A DNA stretch of 58,411 nt from Ruditapes philippinarum (lineage: Eukaryota), in contig NW_026864517.1 of the NCBI RefSeq assembly GCF_026571515.1, forward strand, positions 434,001-492,411, in the 5' to 3' direction. How positions within the stretch are numbered: the first letter of the stretch is position 1; each line of letters starts with the position of its first letter. Both the position numbers and the translations under genes were made by a program. Of the stretch, positions 1 through 13,274 are shown piece after piece. Below the pieces are notes generated by a model. That model was not told where the DNA came from, did no database searches, and saw nothing but the letters and a program-made list of their open reading frames with translations.

Positions 1-259
1 ATTTTAATCTAATTAACACCAAGGAATTAATAAACACCTCATTTCATTTTTATTTATTAAAAAAAAAAAATATCTTATGATTATCCTAATCAAGTAAATT
101 ATTCATTAATTTTTTTCAATGACTAAACACATTAAAAAGTATACATTACATCTAACTAAAAAATCAGAATAATTAACTAATATTATCATTGATGAATTAT
201 TATTATATGTTAAAAAAAAGTTTGTCTAATTCAATTTATATCAATTGATAATAAAGTTA

Positions 260-702
260 CAAATTTATTAAACATCTAAATACTTCAATAAAATATTTTT
301 TTCTCTAATTTATATTAATATTTGATAATAATCTTACCGATTTATTGTTGCTGATGATGCTAACAAAATTGAAACTTGAATTAAACATCAGAATACTTCA
401 TTAAGTATTTTTCTCTCTAATTTATTACAATTTATAATAAACCTACCCATTTATCTTATAATCTAACATCTAAACACTTCAATAAAATATTTTTTTCTAA
501 TTTATATCAATTCATAATAAACTTACCCATTTATTTATCATCTAAATACTTTAATAATAATGTAATTATAAAACTAACAATGGGGAGGAACTGTCTTCTA
601 ATTTGCAAATATGCAGACAGTTCTCCCCCAAAATAGGGAGAGAACCGTCAGGGAGGAAACGTCAGGGGAGGAACTGGTAAGGGAGAGAATAGTCTGACTA
701 CC
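260..702. mobile_element. Probable terminal part of an unclassified non-autonomous DNA element (degenerate AT-rich tandem units, hairpin, subterminal GGGAGGAAC-type repeats)
   Basis: AAACATCTAAATACTTCAATAAAATATTTT-like units recur at ~270-560. Inverted pair TGGGGAGGAACTGTCT/AGACAGTTCTCCCCCA at 581-630. About four GGGAG(G/A)GAA(C) repeats at 636-692. Confidence 0.4.
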
Positions 703-869
703 GTATCAGTGCTATACACTGGGCATGTAAAAGAACCAAGGGGTCTATTCAATAAGAGCTAGGGACTGGTTCCCGGATTCCCTTGTATCTTAAAGCTGTT
801 TCTTAAATGTATACAATGTATACCTGCCTGTAACACTCGTAAGAGGGGTTGGCAGTATCCAGAGATAGA

Positions 870-1016
870 TAGATAGATTTTCCAAGATTGTTCAGTGAAT
901 CCGTATGTAGAGGGCTTAATTTCCGATAGTGCCACTGATTCACTATCTTCATCGGTAACGGTAATTTCTATCACTATATCTTCAACAGCAATTTGAACGT
1001 TTTCACCTGCCTCCAT
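870..1016 (-). pseudogene. BTB-MATH copy 1: 5' fragment only, truncated before the BTB domain
   Basis: ATG at 1016 reads MEAGENVQIAVEDIVIEITVTDEDSESVALSEIKPSTYGFTEQSWK, homologous to the other copies' N-termini. Homology stops at ~870. The upstream conserved motif is present at 1071-1105. Confidence 0.85.
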
Positions 1017-1529
1017 ATTTAGTGTAATATTTTTTTTTACAGTTAAACGATCCGCGATTTGTATTTTGTCACAGTGGCGGTAACAAATCAAAGGGAGAAA
1101 ACTGGGGGAAAAATCCCGGTATCTGGGACGCGAAGTAAAGACTATTGTATTGATTTTTTGTCGCAAATCCTCTTAAACACCAAAGATTAACGATGCAACA
1201 AAATATAAAATAATTGTCATATGATATCGCTTATCAATATCGCGTGCAAAAATAGAATAGAATTGAATTGAATTGAATCGTGTGCAGTAACTAGATTGTT
1301 TTGACTGTAATTGCTGGATTACTATATAGATCTAGTACATTAATAGGATATCGAATACGTGAATGTTTATTATAAACTTTTTTGTTTTGTTTTTTAATTA
1401 GTTGAACAAAATTACATTATACAAGTTCTGGGAGTTTGTTAACGCGCCTATTATAAGGAATATTAGCGCGTGTTTACGTTTCATATTTTCTGGGTTTTTT
1501 TTTTGCTAACCAGTGAGATTTTCTTTGTG

Positions 1530-1775
1530 GTTGCTGGATTTATAACGTGGCATCAACACAATTTGTATAAGTGACTTTCAAGCTTAAATGGTGGATGAAT
1601 GATTCAGGTGCCCTTGAACTGTGTATATTCGATTGTTTCAGACACGAACCGGCGCCTTCGTGTGTAGAACTACCAACGTTCTGTAAGCTATAGATGGTAG
1701 CTTCCACACATGAAAGAATCAAAAACCCCTATCGGGATCCGAACCAAATTCGGGCCAAGTGGTTTGAAGTGGTTT
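1530..1775 (-). mobile_element. tRNA-derived SINE (family 1), degenerate
   Basis: Minus-strand B-box GGTTCGGATCCC at ~1734-1745. Body (GACTTTC..AGCTT..CAGGTGCCC..GTAGAACTACCAACGTTC.GTAAGCTA) is shared with five other copies in the window. Confidence 0.65.
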
Positions 1776-2377
1776 AAATAGTCGCATCGCTTCGCTTTAC
1801 GTCGCAGCGGTCTGATATTACCGTTTACCCTAGAAATTTACTTCACGCTATCAAAGACAAAAATCTCCAAGCACTGTAGCTGCAAAACTTAATAATAATA
1901 ATTATTACATCTATATATCCTTACACATTACATTACTTAACGAATCTAAGCCATTCTTCCTTCAACACCTTAGAAGATGAATTATAGTATTTGATACTTG
2001 TTTTCATATCCAATTCCAAAATGTATAAGAAATATATTGTGTTCGTTCTTAAAAATAATATTATTTTCATAATATGTTACTATATGTATAACAAACTCAA
2101 TACTATTTGTAATGTACTACCATGTATTATTTTGTGAATAAAATATTGTTTAAACTAACAACTCCAAACATTAAATGCCTATTTGTTTACATGTTTAGTT
2201 TCTTAATTAGCGTAGGTTAGACTGAAATACCGTATCCGTTCTGTATATTCTTACTATTGTGTTCCATGTCCTTATCCGAAGACTGACGGAAAGGGCCGAA
2301 AAATTGCGATTGCGTTATCATCATATCAGTCATCATCAACAACAATATCATAACCATAATTACACTTTTTTGTGAAT

Positions 2378-2520
2378 GGGTTCTACGTCGCACTAACACA
2401 GTATAGGTCATATGACGACTTTCCAGCTTTACTGATGGAGGAAGACCTCAGGTGCCCGTTCGTGCTGAAGGGCACCCGAGTAGAACCACCGACGTTCCGT
2501 AAGCTAGCTGGATAGATTTC
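2378..2520 (-). mobile_element. SINE family 1 remnant lacking the tRNA head; paralogues at ~11808-11970, 22966-23080, 43995-44160, 48644-48800
   Basis: Shared core GGGTTTTACGTCGCACCAACACAGTA..GGCGACTTTCCAGCTTTA..GAGGAAGA..TCAGGTG..GAGTAGAACCACCAACGTTCCGTAAGCTAGCTGG. Always embedded in the CAT-rich region, so it was amplified with the cassette. Confidence 0.65.
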
Positions 2521-2820
2521 TAATAACTACAACGCCGTCATCAAAATCATCATCATCATACGCAGTACACATCATCATCATTTTCATTACATCGTCGTGT
2601 TCAACAGCAATGCATCTACACCATCTTTATCATCGTCAATATATTCATCAATACTGACAATACATTATCATCATCATCATTATTATCACAAGCACATCAT
2701 CATCAGCAGTATATCATCCGCATCATCATCATCAGACAATCATCGCAATTATCATCATCATTGGTACCATCATTGTTGTAATCATCATTAAATTATCAAC
2801 AACAACATTTTATCATTACC
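2520..2820. repeat. Degenerate (CAT)n/(CAA)n low-complexity tract; paralogues at ~11980-12270, 22840-23380, 43790-44340, 48470-49290
   Basis: Visible CATCATCAT runs, which give rise to the His/Ser/Ile-rich spurious ORFs. Confidence 0.9.
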
Positions 2821-3313
2821 AAAATTAATTGAAAATATTGAAATTTCTTAGTTACAATAAAGGGGTTATATATGAGCAAGTCAAGTTAATCATTTTAATA
2901 TGATATTTTTCGATGTTAAAACTGAAAAATATATTAATTTAGATGTATGTCTTACTAAAAATCAAACAAGACCACAACAACAAAACAACAACAGTATGAC
3001 GAATATCGGACTTCGTGCAATAAAGCAATTACAATGATCATGGAAGTGATCTTTTTTACATGTACATTGTATATATTCCCTTCATTTTTGAAAGATAATG
3101 TGGTTCAAACAATCGAGTAAAAGAACCTTCATTTACCTTTCTTTAGGTCCCACACTGGGTAACCTCATTTACTTGCTCCGTCACATAACCACGTCGAAGC
3201 ACAACACACAGTGGGTTTACTGAAAGTTCGTTCGAAGATATTTAATTATTTATACAAGAAAAGATGTACCCAAAATGAAGGACACATACATAGAAAAAAG
3301 GGGGAATGCAAAA

Positions 3314-3318
3314 ACACT

Positions 3319-3351
<33 letters not shown>

Positions 3352-3408
3352 GCACACACACACACACACACGCACACACACACACGCGCGCTTACACACA
3401 CACACACA
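3314..3408. repeat. (CA)n/(CG) microsatellite
   Basis: Direct reading. Shorter versions lie at ~12800, 23850 and 49830. Confidence 0.95.
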
Positions 3409-3910
3409 TACTCGTACATGTTTATAATTAACATTTAAATTTTATAATTTACAGATACAATTTTACTTAAATTTGAAAAGTATTTTATTCCATACATAGT
3501 ATTGATACATTGCAATGCAGCAAACAACTTCAATATTTTCATCATCTTTGCGTGACAAACTTATCAATCAAGAAAAATCAGAAAGTTGCACATAAATTGA
3601 TAGTACCGTTTTTCTTTATAAACAATATACAAAACAAAAAATATAATAATGAAAAGTAAGTAAGATAACAGTTTCTATGTTTTTCTTTGTAAACAATATA
3701 CAAAACAAAAAAAATATAATGATCTATAAATAGGATAACAGTGTAGAATGTAATTGTAAATGATTACCAAAATGTTTATTCAATATTTTACAATACACAA
3801 CAATACTTGATGATTCTTGATCAAAACATCACTCTAATTCAACAATATTTACATGTAGTGTATTAGTCCTGACATATATAAATCTCACCAATGTTCAAAG
3901 GCTACCTCTA

Positions 3911-5047
3911 CTATTTGTTAGGCTTCGACATGAACACCTGTGCGATAACACCGATCTTTCCGTTGAAAATGTAACCTTTGCCAACTTGCTCAATACTATG
4001 TGTTCCTAAAATTTCAAATAATGCATGTTGCAAAAATGAATTAAAACTTCCGCTTTGAACAACCACATTATTTTTTCCACGTGGTTGTCTATTTACTTGT
4101 ATGCAGAGCACATTTATATCACAGATGATTGTATTTTCACTGATGTTTTCAACTTTTATGTAAAGCCTACCGACGTTATTTTCTATACTTATCTTCAGAG
4201 GAACCTCCCAAATATTAGTATAAACTCCTTTACTTTCTTTCGTTCCTTCAGGAATAACATCAATAATAACTATGGTCTTGTCATCCCATTTCTGTGCAGG
4301 ATCTAACTTCAAATCCTTCTTTCCGTTACGTATTTCGGATGATATGTACTGCTTAAACAATGCATTTTCTTCGGCAACCTCTTCTAGCTCAACTAACTTT
4401 TTTCTTCATTTGATGTTATTAACATTTTTACAAAAAATCTCATTTAATGCACTTGCCGAAGGGAACGACTTACAGTAGTTTTCGTCCAATGCATCACATG
4501 GTCTAGATGATATAAGAAATATGCATCTAGCACGCAAAGCTTTAAGATCATACAAACATGCTTCTTTCAACAACTGTAACAAATCATTCGTCGATGTTTC
4601 TTCTGAGACAGTCTCAAGTATAACTACTTCACATCTTGGTTTTAGCTGTAGGACCTGGTACTCTTCTAACAAAGGAAGAATGACCCTAGCATTGTCGCGA
4701 TTAATTTGGGTGTATGTGTTTGGGTAAATACATCGAAGGAATTCTAAGACGTCCCTTAGTTTCTTCCCAGGCAATTCTAGCTCGTCACTTGACTTTTCCT
4801 TGAAGTCAGATTGGAACATTGCATCAAATACTGGTGACGCAAGTGAAAGAATATTTTTAGCGACGTAAAGCTTTGTTCCTTCAACAACAAGACACAGATC
4901 AGTTCTCCAAGATGGTTCAGTGAAACCGAAAGTAGGCGACTTATCTTCGCCCTGTGCCACTGTTTCACTATCTTCATCGGTAACGATATTTTCAACTACT
5001 GCACCGTCAGATTCGTTTACAATTCTGACGTTTTCACCTGCCTCCAT
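3911..5047 (-). CDS. BTB-MATH copy 2 (frameshifted near 4400-4440; possibly intact in vivo)
   Basis: ORFs 4406-5047 (BTB: TDLCLVVEGTKLYVAKNILSLASPVFDAMF...LEFLRCIYP) and 3911-4360 (MATH-like, ends GYIFNGKIGVIAQVFMSKPNK). The only disruptions are clustered single-base insertions in homopolymers. Confidence 0.8.
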
Positions 5048-5811
5048 ATTAATTGTAATTTAGTAAAAAAATTTGGAATATATCAAGTGCAGAGTATTTC
5101 AATCAGCTAACAGTGGCGTTTTAAATCAAAGGGAGAAAACCGGATAATAGATATAAAGTACTATCAGATGAAGTGGTGGTTAAACTAAATTCAAATTGAT
5201 AAATCAAATTCTTTGTTCTGTTATAAAGATTTTATTTTTGGATTTAAACACAGTTTTTATTATGATTATATCGGCGTTTTTTCCTCCTTATTACCACCAA
5301 TTTCTCCGCAAGTGATTATCTGCGAGGTAATTATGCAATACTGTTATGGTTATGATTTATTACAGAATACTTTAAATATTTCTCTTTGGACATTGAGTCT
5401 AACGTTCATTTAAATATATCTCTGACCACTGAAACAGAAGTCATGTGAGATTGGTAGTCGGCCATTTGCAGAGAAATTTCCGAGATATGTCCAATTTCGA
5501 CGTAAAAGCGAGACGAAAACAAAAACAGAAAAAATGGTGCTTTTCTTAGGTTGCTACCAAACTTTGAACGAATACACTGGATGAGTTTTGGTTTTATGCT
5601 GATGTGTAAGGTGGTCTGCAGATAAGTAAGGTCTGAGAATGAGTAATGGTTTTGTTCTTTTAAAAAAGTTTTAAAAGATAGCCGTCCTATCTCAGCCTGT
5701 GTCAATCTAGGCGAAGAACAAATACAATAAAAGAAGATCTTTTATTAATTTCTTTAGTTTTCATAAGATTTATTCAAATCTGATATTACAAATTCGTATC
5801 TCAAATTTCTA

Positions 5812-8800
5812 TTATTTCAAATCTAACAGTCTCCAGTTTTCCCAAATAATCTTCCTTGTCTACAAAATAAACCATGCTGGTGACGGCCTTGTGAATTTTC
5901 GTGTTCTTTGTTCTATAGTAAATCAGTCACATTTGAGGCTTAATTCTGGATTCCACTGTTCTTGATGAATTATTTACTGTCTTCAACTTTAAACATCAGC
6001 ACTATTTAAGTCAAATGAGGCCCAAAATATAATAGGTTAGCCATCTACTTTTTTTCAGAAATCTTCACTCTGTTGTAACACAGTTTAAATTCACCACTTT
6101 GAAAACTCCTGACTGCTGGTGGGTGGTACATCTTTAATCCTTCCGCCAACAAATGAGTTCCTGGAGAATACACAAAAAACAACTTTTAAACACATCATAT
6201 AACACACAAAAACTACACACATGCAATAAATACACTTTAATTATGACCAATCTAACTAGGGATGACTTAAATTGGGCCACTTCAAAATTTTAAAGAACTA
6301 CTTTCTAGACTACAACGGGTTCGGTCTAATTCCGTACCGGGTTGAGACCTAAATGAATCCAAAATTTAAGTTAAGCCAAAATTTATACTCATTTCCTAGT
6401 AATTTAGTGTTATACAAGTACATTCATATAGGTTTGACATGTCTCTAACAAATTACATTAATGCAGTACAATTTCTTAAATATAAAAATTCATGCGAAAA
6501 ATCAGCCTCGGCCAATAGAATTTTACACAAAAATTTATATCACAAATTCTGTCATATCTCTTGCCAATGGATTTTCTTCAAATAAAATTTGTTGTTACCG
6601 GCTAATGTCATTTAGTTATTTTTATGAAAGAATAAGTCCTTATTGCTTTAAAATTGTAATATTAACTCCATTTAATTTAATGAGAGCATGAAATGTTTGG
6701 TTAAAATACAAGTAATCACAATTAAATGTGCTTTTTCATAACTTTTTCCTTCAACATTACAATAAAACTTACTGATTATGATTTTTACCTATATACCATG
6801 GTAAATAAAGTACAGTACCAAGATATATACCCTATATTGTTTGCTTTAGATATTAGTAAAGACAAACAGAGGTAATCTTAAGTTTAGCAAAGAGGTTACT
6901 ATATCGCCATGGGCTATGTCTTCTGACAAAGTAAGATTAGCCAACTCTCACACAAATAAGGCTAAAAAATGATGGCACATACTGTCTCCCACTTTAAATC
7001 ATTGAGAAGTGTTAAAGTAGTCAAAATTAGAGAAATCTTTTCCTGATATACATCAAAATATCTACCAAATATTGCCCGAGCATTGGGAGTCGTTGCCGTC
7101 AATAGCCTGAAGTTTCAAACTAGACATAAGTTAATTACCTTCTCAACTTGTCCTGACAAATCTGTTGCCAAACTGAGCTGAAAGAGTTCTTCCATAGATC
7201 TTAACCAGTATAAGGTAAGGTCCTGTACTCAAAACCCGGCTTTGGTAACTGCATGGTCTGAAAAAATATGCAACACTAGTACATGTTGAAGGAAATTATA
7301 AGAGGCATTTATGCTGTTATTCTGATATCCAAAAAAAGAAAGAAAATAATTTCTTAATTAATCAATGGCTTGATTTGCAAATTCACACAGGAAGGCTTAA
7401 ATATTGTGTGCTTAAAAATGCATGCATGCATGGAAATAACAGTTTAGACATTATAAACCTAACCTAATTTAACTGCTGTAGCAGCTGCTACAACAACAAA
7501 CAACAAACAATCAACATCAACTGTGTTATTTCTAAATGAGCCAATTATCCATAAACTCACTGTTTTATGACTAGAAAATCTTTTGTGTGTATGTATTAGC
7601 AAATACATTCTGCAGCACAGCAAAACATCAAGTTTCACTACACTGAAAATGCCTATATTTCCAACATGTAAATCACATTTGTCCTAGCTGTTCAATTGTC
7701 AGTTCTGCTTTCATTGAAATACAAGACAATAGTGAATATTTACAAATCTGATTACTACAGCATCAATACTTTGCTGAAACATCAGTGCATATAATGCGTG
7801 GTCCATATGAGCAATAGGTTACTATGGTGCTTGTTCGAATACCATGGCCGGTGCTTCTTGGGCCCCTAAGACCTCTAAAATGAGCTTGCCAATCACTTTT
7901 TTTGCCAAACAGTAACCAGCCTGAAAACATGCACTCCCCAATTTCTTGCAATGCATGGTTTATCCATGATTTAAGATGCATTTCTCTAAAAATTATCATT
8001 TTCCATATGAATGTTATAAAAATAAGCAATAGATCTAGTAAACTGCTAAATACAGGGTGCAAAAATAAAATTTATCAATTTATTAACTGCTTTAAACAAA
8101 ATTTAAATTTCATTATTTTTATTTTAAATGTATTTTTACAGTTTTAATTCAATAAAATGTGGACAATCGTTCACGCAAAAGGTCTGTACCCTTCTTCTGC
8201 ACCTACTGACACAGTAGCAGACATCTACATTTAAAGGGGAGATAACAATAACAACATCTGTCCCAATTTAAAATGTCAAAATTAAAAATTTGAAATAAAA
8301 TTTAAAATTTTCAAACCTGTCAGTTTTCCTTTATTTTCCTGATTTCTATGCATAAACACAACACTGATGCAAAGTTTCATCCATATCCATTAACCAGTTC
8401 CCATTTTTCAAATTTCTCCTCTTGGTGACGGCCTGGTGAATTTTCGTGTTCTTTGTTCTATAGTAAATCAGTCACATTTGAGGCTTAATTCTGGATTCCA
8501 CTGTTCTTGATGAATTATATACTGTCTTCAACTTTAAACATCAGCACTATTTAAGTCAAATGATGCCCAAAATATAATAGGTTAGCCATCTACTTTTTTC
8601 AGAAAACTTCCACTCTGTTGTAACACAGTTTAAATTCACCACTTTGAAAACTCCTGACTGCTGGTGGGTGGGTACATCTTTAATCCTTCCGCCAACAAAT
8701 GAGTTCCTGGAGAATACACAAAAAACACATCATATAACACACAAAAACTACACACATGCAATAAATACACTTTAATTATGACCAATCTAACTAGGGATGA

Positions 8801-10795
8801 CTTAAATTTGGCCACTTCAAAATGTTAAAGAACTACTTTCTAGACTACAACGGGTTGGGTCTAATTCCGTACCGGGTTGAGACCTGCTGTGTATCTCGAG
8901 CTGAATATTTTTGAAATATTTCACCATTCCAGTTTCTAGTAGATTTTCTAGAACATCAAAGTCGCAGCCTTCACAGTCCATAGAAAGTAGATCTACACTG
9001 TATATATCCTACGCCAAGATTTTGGAAAAAAATTCTGTTTGAATTCAATGAACACTTACATTTATTTTCTTCTGACCAAAATCATTCGAATAAAATTTCC
9101 GAACCTTTCCCCTTTGAAAAATTCAATAGCAATAGTTTCCGTCTTCTGTCGAGTCCGAAATTTAAGAACGGACCTGGATATTAAAACTAAGAATTTTTAT
9201 GCAGAACATAAGAATTTTACTTTGCTTTTCTTAGTGTTTCCTCTTAAAATTGCATTGATGTATATTGGAAAAACAAATTTTAAGTTTAATTTTATCCATG
9301 AGTTTTAAATTAGATGCGTTGACATAAAAAAAACATATTTGATAATGAGATATTCTTAAAAACTAAAAAAGTTATGGATATTCGTAATTTTTACGTAAAT
9401 TTAGTATATAAATTATTGTCCGTAAAATCAGAAGAAAATTGTCTTGTTAATCACAAGTGCTTAATAAATAAAAGTAAAAAAAACGGAAAAAAATTTTACA
9501 AAATTTATTTCCCTTTTTTGTAAATTTTAAATAAGAAAGGGGAAGAACCCTTTTCAACAAAAAATGGAAATAAAGGGAAAGCGACATAATTTTAAAATAA
9601 ATATCAATTTCCCAAATAAAAAATAGAAGGGGCTTTTTAAAAAGATTGGTTTGAAAAGAAATTGGGATTTTATTTAAAAATTTACGTCTCGGCTAGGTCA
9701 CGTGATTCGGTTCTCTACCTACCGAGATATGGTGTAGAGTACCATACAGAAGCTCTCAATTAAATTTTAAGATAATTTATTGATTATCCCAAAGAGTTAT
9801 AGTTCACTTATCCTTAGTAGAAAAACTTATCATTAAAAATTAATAACAGTGCTTTACAATAAAATAAGTGTATTTCTCGTTCCCGGTCTGGAGGTAAAAG
9901 TTTAATGTCTAGTTCCGTAAGATTTTAATTTATTCATTCTATTTATGACAAAAAATAAATTTTTATCTTTCGTTTTGTTATTTAGTAATATTTTGATGTT
10001 GAATTTAATGCATCTTTAAATGCAGCCCTTGCACAATATATTTTAAACATTAAATCTTTATATTGCAATGTATACACTGTATTTTATATTACAAAATAAT
10101 ATATCTTACTAATGGGGATTTATATAGGGCATTTCAATATCATTCTATCTTAACGATTGTGGTAAAGGTAACGGAAAGTTAACATACCGCGTCTGCACAA
10201 TATAGGTGACGGAATATAGCATCGACATTTTTTAATTGAATATAAGTAACGGAAAGTGAACATACCGCTTTTTGATAAATAACTGTAATGGAACGTGGCG
10301 TTACCAAATTTTGACAAATATTGGTAACAGAAAGTAATTTTATTAATAAATGCAGGAAATGGCAAGTGATCGATAATTCAAAATTCAAGGGTATATGGCA
10401 TGATGGAGATGTTTACGTGTCAATCAACCGTATTGACTTATTCATTCGCAAAATTTCAAAAAAAAAATCTAAGGCTAAGAATTTCAATTTTTGAACCTCC
10501 CCTTGGAGAGTCACAGTACAAACGCATTCACCAAATTTTTAGTCGCTGGTAAGATATTGTTCATTTCCTACCAACAAACAGTAAACAATTACATTCACAT
10601 AGAAATCTGAAAAAGTATGTTTTATTTAAAACAAGTCAAAAAGTATGAATAAGACCTTGTCTGTAACTATTGCTTCTTTATCAATAAAATAATTGAAAGT
10701 TACTGCTTCTTGGTTAATACTGACACATGTTGCTGATTTTAGGCTGATTTAGCTTAAATATATAAACAAGGAAGCATCTGACCCAAAGTTTCCTG
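5812..10795 (-). pseudogene. FkbM-like methyltransferase copy E: exon 3 split by a 3-kb insertion and partly deleted, exon 2 mostly deleted, exon 1 absent
   Basis: Exon 3 remnants at 5812-5879 (..WENWRLLDLK*) and 8885-9175. Exon 2 remnant at ~10765-10795. Intron 2 is homologous to the other copies. Confidence 0.85.
5880..8884. mobile_element. 3.0-kb element bounded by ~465-bp direct repeats (LTR-like, non-canonical ends), apparently non-autonomous
   Basis: Repeats 5880-6349 and 8425-8884 are nearly identical. Flanked by TGCTG at 5875-5879 and 8885-8889; the paralogous empty site is CATGCTGTG. No long ORF inside. Confidence 0.85.
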
Positions 10796-10849
10796 GTTTT
10801 TATAATGGTGAGGTGAATAATTGACATTTTATTATTAACACCCATCAAC

Positions 10850-11713
10850 TACGGAATGCCGTTAGGGCCATTGCCTATGAATGTGTTGATCTGAAACGCG
10901 ATAGTCGATGGAACGATGGTGAAAACGCGAAATCACGAAACTACGATGGTGAAAACGCGAAAGCACGATGATGAAAACGCTAAAGTACGATGATGAAAAC
11001 GCGACAGTACGATACTACGATGATGAAAACACGATAAACTATCGTGTTTTCACCATCGTACTGTCGCGTTTTCACCATCGTAGTTTCGTGATTTCGCGTT
11101 TTCATCATCGTACTGTCGTGTTTTCATCATCGTACTATCGCGTTTTCACCATCGTACTATCGCGTTTTCATCATCGTACTGTCGTGTTTTCATCATCGTA
11201 CTATCGCGTTTTCAACATCGTACTGTCGTGTTTTCATCATCGTACTATCGCGTTTTCATCATCGTACTATCGCGTTTTCATCATCGTACTATCGCGTTTT
11301 CACCATCGTAGTTTCGTGATTTCGTGTTTTCACCATCGTACTATCGACTATCGCGTTTCAGATTCATAGGCGATGGCCCTAACGGCATTCTGGAATGCCG
11401 TTAGGGCCATCGCCTATGAATGGTTTGATCTAAAACGCGATACTCGACAGTACGATGATGAAAACGCGAAATCACGAAACTACGATGGTGAAAACGCGAC
11501 AGTACGATGGTGAAAACACGATAGTTTATCGCGTTTTCATCATCGTAGTATCGTACTGTCGCGTTTTCATCATCGTACTATCGCGTTTTCATCATCGTGC
11601 TTTCGCGTTTTCACCATCGTAGTTTCGTGATTTCGCGTTTTCACCATCGTACTATCGACTATCGCGTTTTAGATCAACACATTCATAGGCGATGGCCCTA
11701 ACGGCATTCCGTA
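10850..11713. mobile_element. Fold-back MITE dimer with TACGG...CCGTA termini and 6-bp TSD (IS3EU-like, tentative)
   Basis: TIR TACGGAATGCCGTTAGGGCCAT. TSD ATCAAC at 10844-10849 and 11714-11719; empty site CCCATCAACAGTTCG at ~57958. Internal ~22-bp ACGATGGTGAAAACGCGATAGT repeats form inverted arms. Two units are fused at ~11391. Confidence 0.85.
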
Positions 11714-13274
11714 ATCAACAGTTCGTTAACTTCTCATCAGCAAATAACATAGTATTTAGTTTAAGTAACAACAACAACAAATTCACCATCATTATAATCT
11801 ATTTATCTGGTTGGGTGTAACGTCACACCAAAACAGTACGTATAGTTCCTTTGGCGACTTTCCAGCTTTATTGGGGGAGGAAGATCTCAGGTGCTCTTCT
11901 ATGCTTTATTTCATGCGGTCACCTGAGTAGAACTACCAACGTTCCGTAAGCTAGCTGGAAAGCTCCCTCATAATAACACTGTCATCATCAAAACCATCAT
12001 AACAAGCAGTACTCTTCATCATCAGCATTATGACCCTCGATAACATTATCAATATATCATCGCCATCATTATCATCATCACCAGATCATCATTACCATCA
12101 CCACCACCACCATCAACAACAACAACAGTATATCATCCACATCATTATCATCATCATCTTCATCACCATCATCCGACAACTATCGCAATTATCACGATCA
12201 TCATAATCGGTACCATCCTTATTGTAATCATCAGTAAATCATTATCATCATCATCAACATTTCCTCATCACTATAATTCGAAATATTGAAAATCACTTAT
12301 TCATAAAAGGGGGCTCAATTATGAGCAAGTCAAGTTTCTCATATTTATATGATATTTTACGTTGTTACAACTGAAAAATATATTAATTTAAATGTAATTA
12401 ATAATTTATTAAAATAACCCCCCCCCCCCAAAAAAAAAAAAACAACAACAAAAAAACAACAGTATGACGGATATTGGACTTCGTGTAATCAAGCAATGAT
12501 AATGATTTTTAAGTGATCATTTTTACATGTATATCACTCTTTTTTTGTTAGATTATTTGGTTCAAGTTACCGAGGACCTACTTTTCCTGAAAAAAAAACC
12601 TTCATTTACCTTTTTTTCAGGCCACACATTGGACAACCATTTTTTTTGCTCCGTCATATAACCACGATGGGTCGAACCACATACCCCCGTGATATTACAG
12701 AAAAATTCGTTCGGCGATAAAATATATGAAGTATATTTATAAACAAAGGACATACACATAGAGAAAAGATGAAAAAAAAAACAAAGAAAAGATGCAAAAC
12801 ACTCACACGTACACACGCACAGGCACACACATACATGTATATATTTGACATTTATAAATTTCAGATACAATTTTGTTTTATTTAACAAGTTTTTTTATTA
12901 CATACATAGTATTGATACATTGCAATGCAGCAACAACTTCAATATTTCCATCAACTTTGCGTGCCAAACTTGTCAATCAAGAAAAATAAAAAAGTTGTAC
13001 ATAAATTGTTAGTCCCGTTTTTCTTTGTAAATAATACACAAATCAAAAAATATTATAATTGTATATAAATAACAGTTTCTATGTAATTGTAAATGATTAA
13101 TAAAATGTTAATTCTGTATTTTATAGTTCACAACAACACTTGATTCTTCGTCATGATATCACCCTTATTCAACCATTTACACAGTGTATTTTACATTTCT
13201 TACAGTCATTAGAGATACCATTCTTTTTTGTCCCGACAAACATAAATCAGAGCAATTTCCAAAGGCTACCTCAA

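Noticed and set aside
2217-2791. His/Ser/Met-rich small ORFs (also 23138-23326, 43892-44116, 48539-49126)
   Set aside because: Translations of (CAT)n tracts and SINE remnants; frames are not conserved among paralogues.
4055-4727. Recurrent plus-strand ORFs antisense to BTB genes (MHLAR.., MVLSSH..)
   Set aside because: Shadow ORFs that recur only because the sense gene is duplicated.
5880-6349. Hammerhead ribozyme (retrozyme) in the direct repeats
   Set aside because: I found no CUGANGA core with a paired GAAA on either strand by eye.
7763-8062. 99-aa ORF as gag, RT or transposase
   Set aside because: No recognisable catalytic or zinc-knuckle motifs, and it has a non-ATG start.
10900-11670. 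Regular ~22-bp repeats as a CRISPR array, and the 133-aa ORF 10968-11369
   Set aside because: There are no unique spacers, the repeats form inverted arms inside a TIR/TSD-bounded MITE, no cas genes are present and the context is eukaryotic. The ORF is repeat translation.
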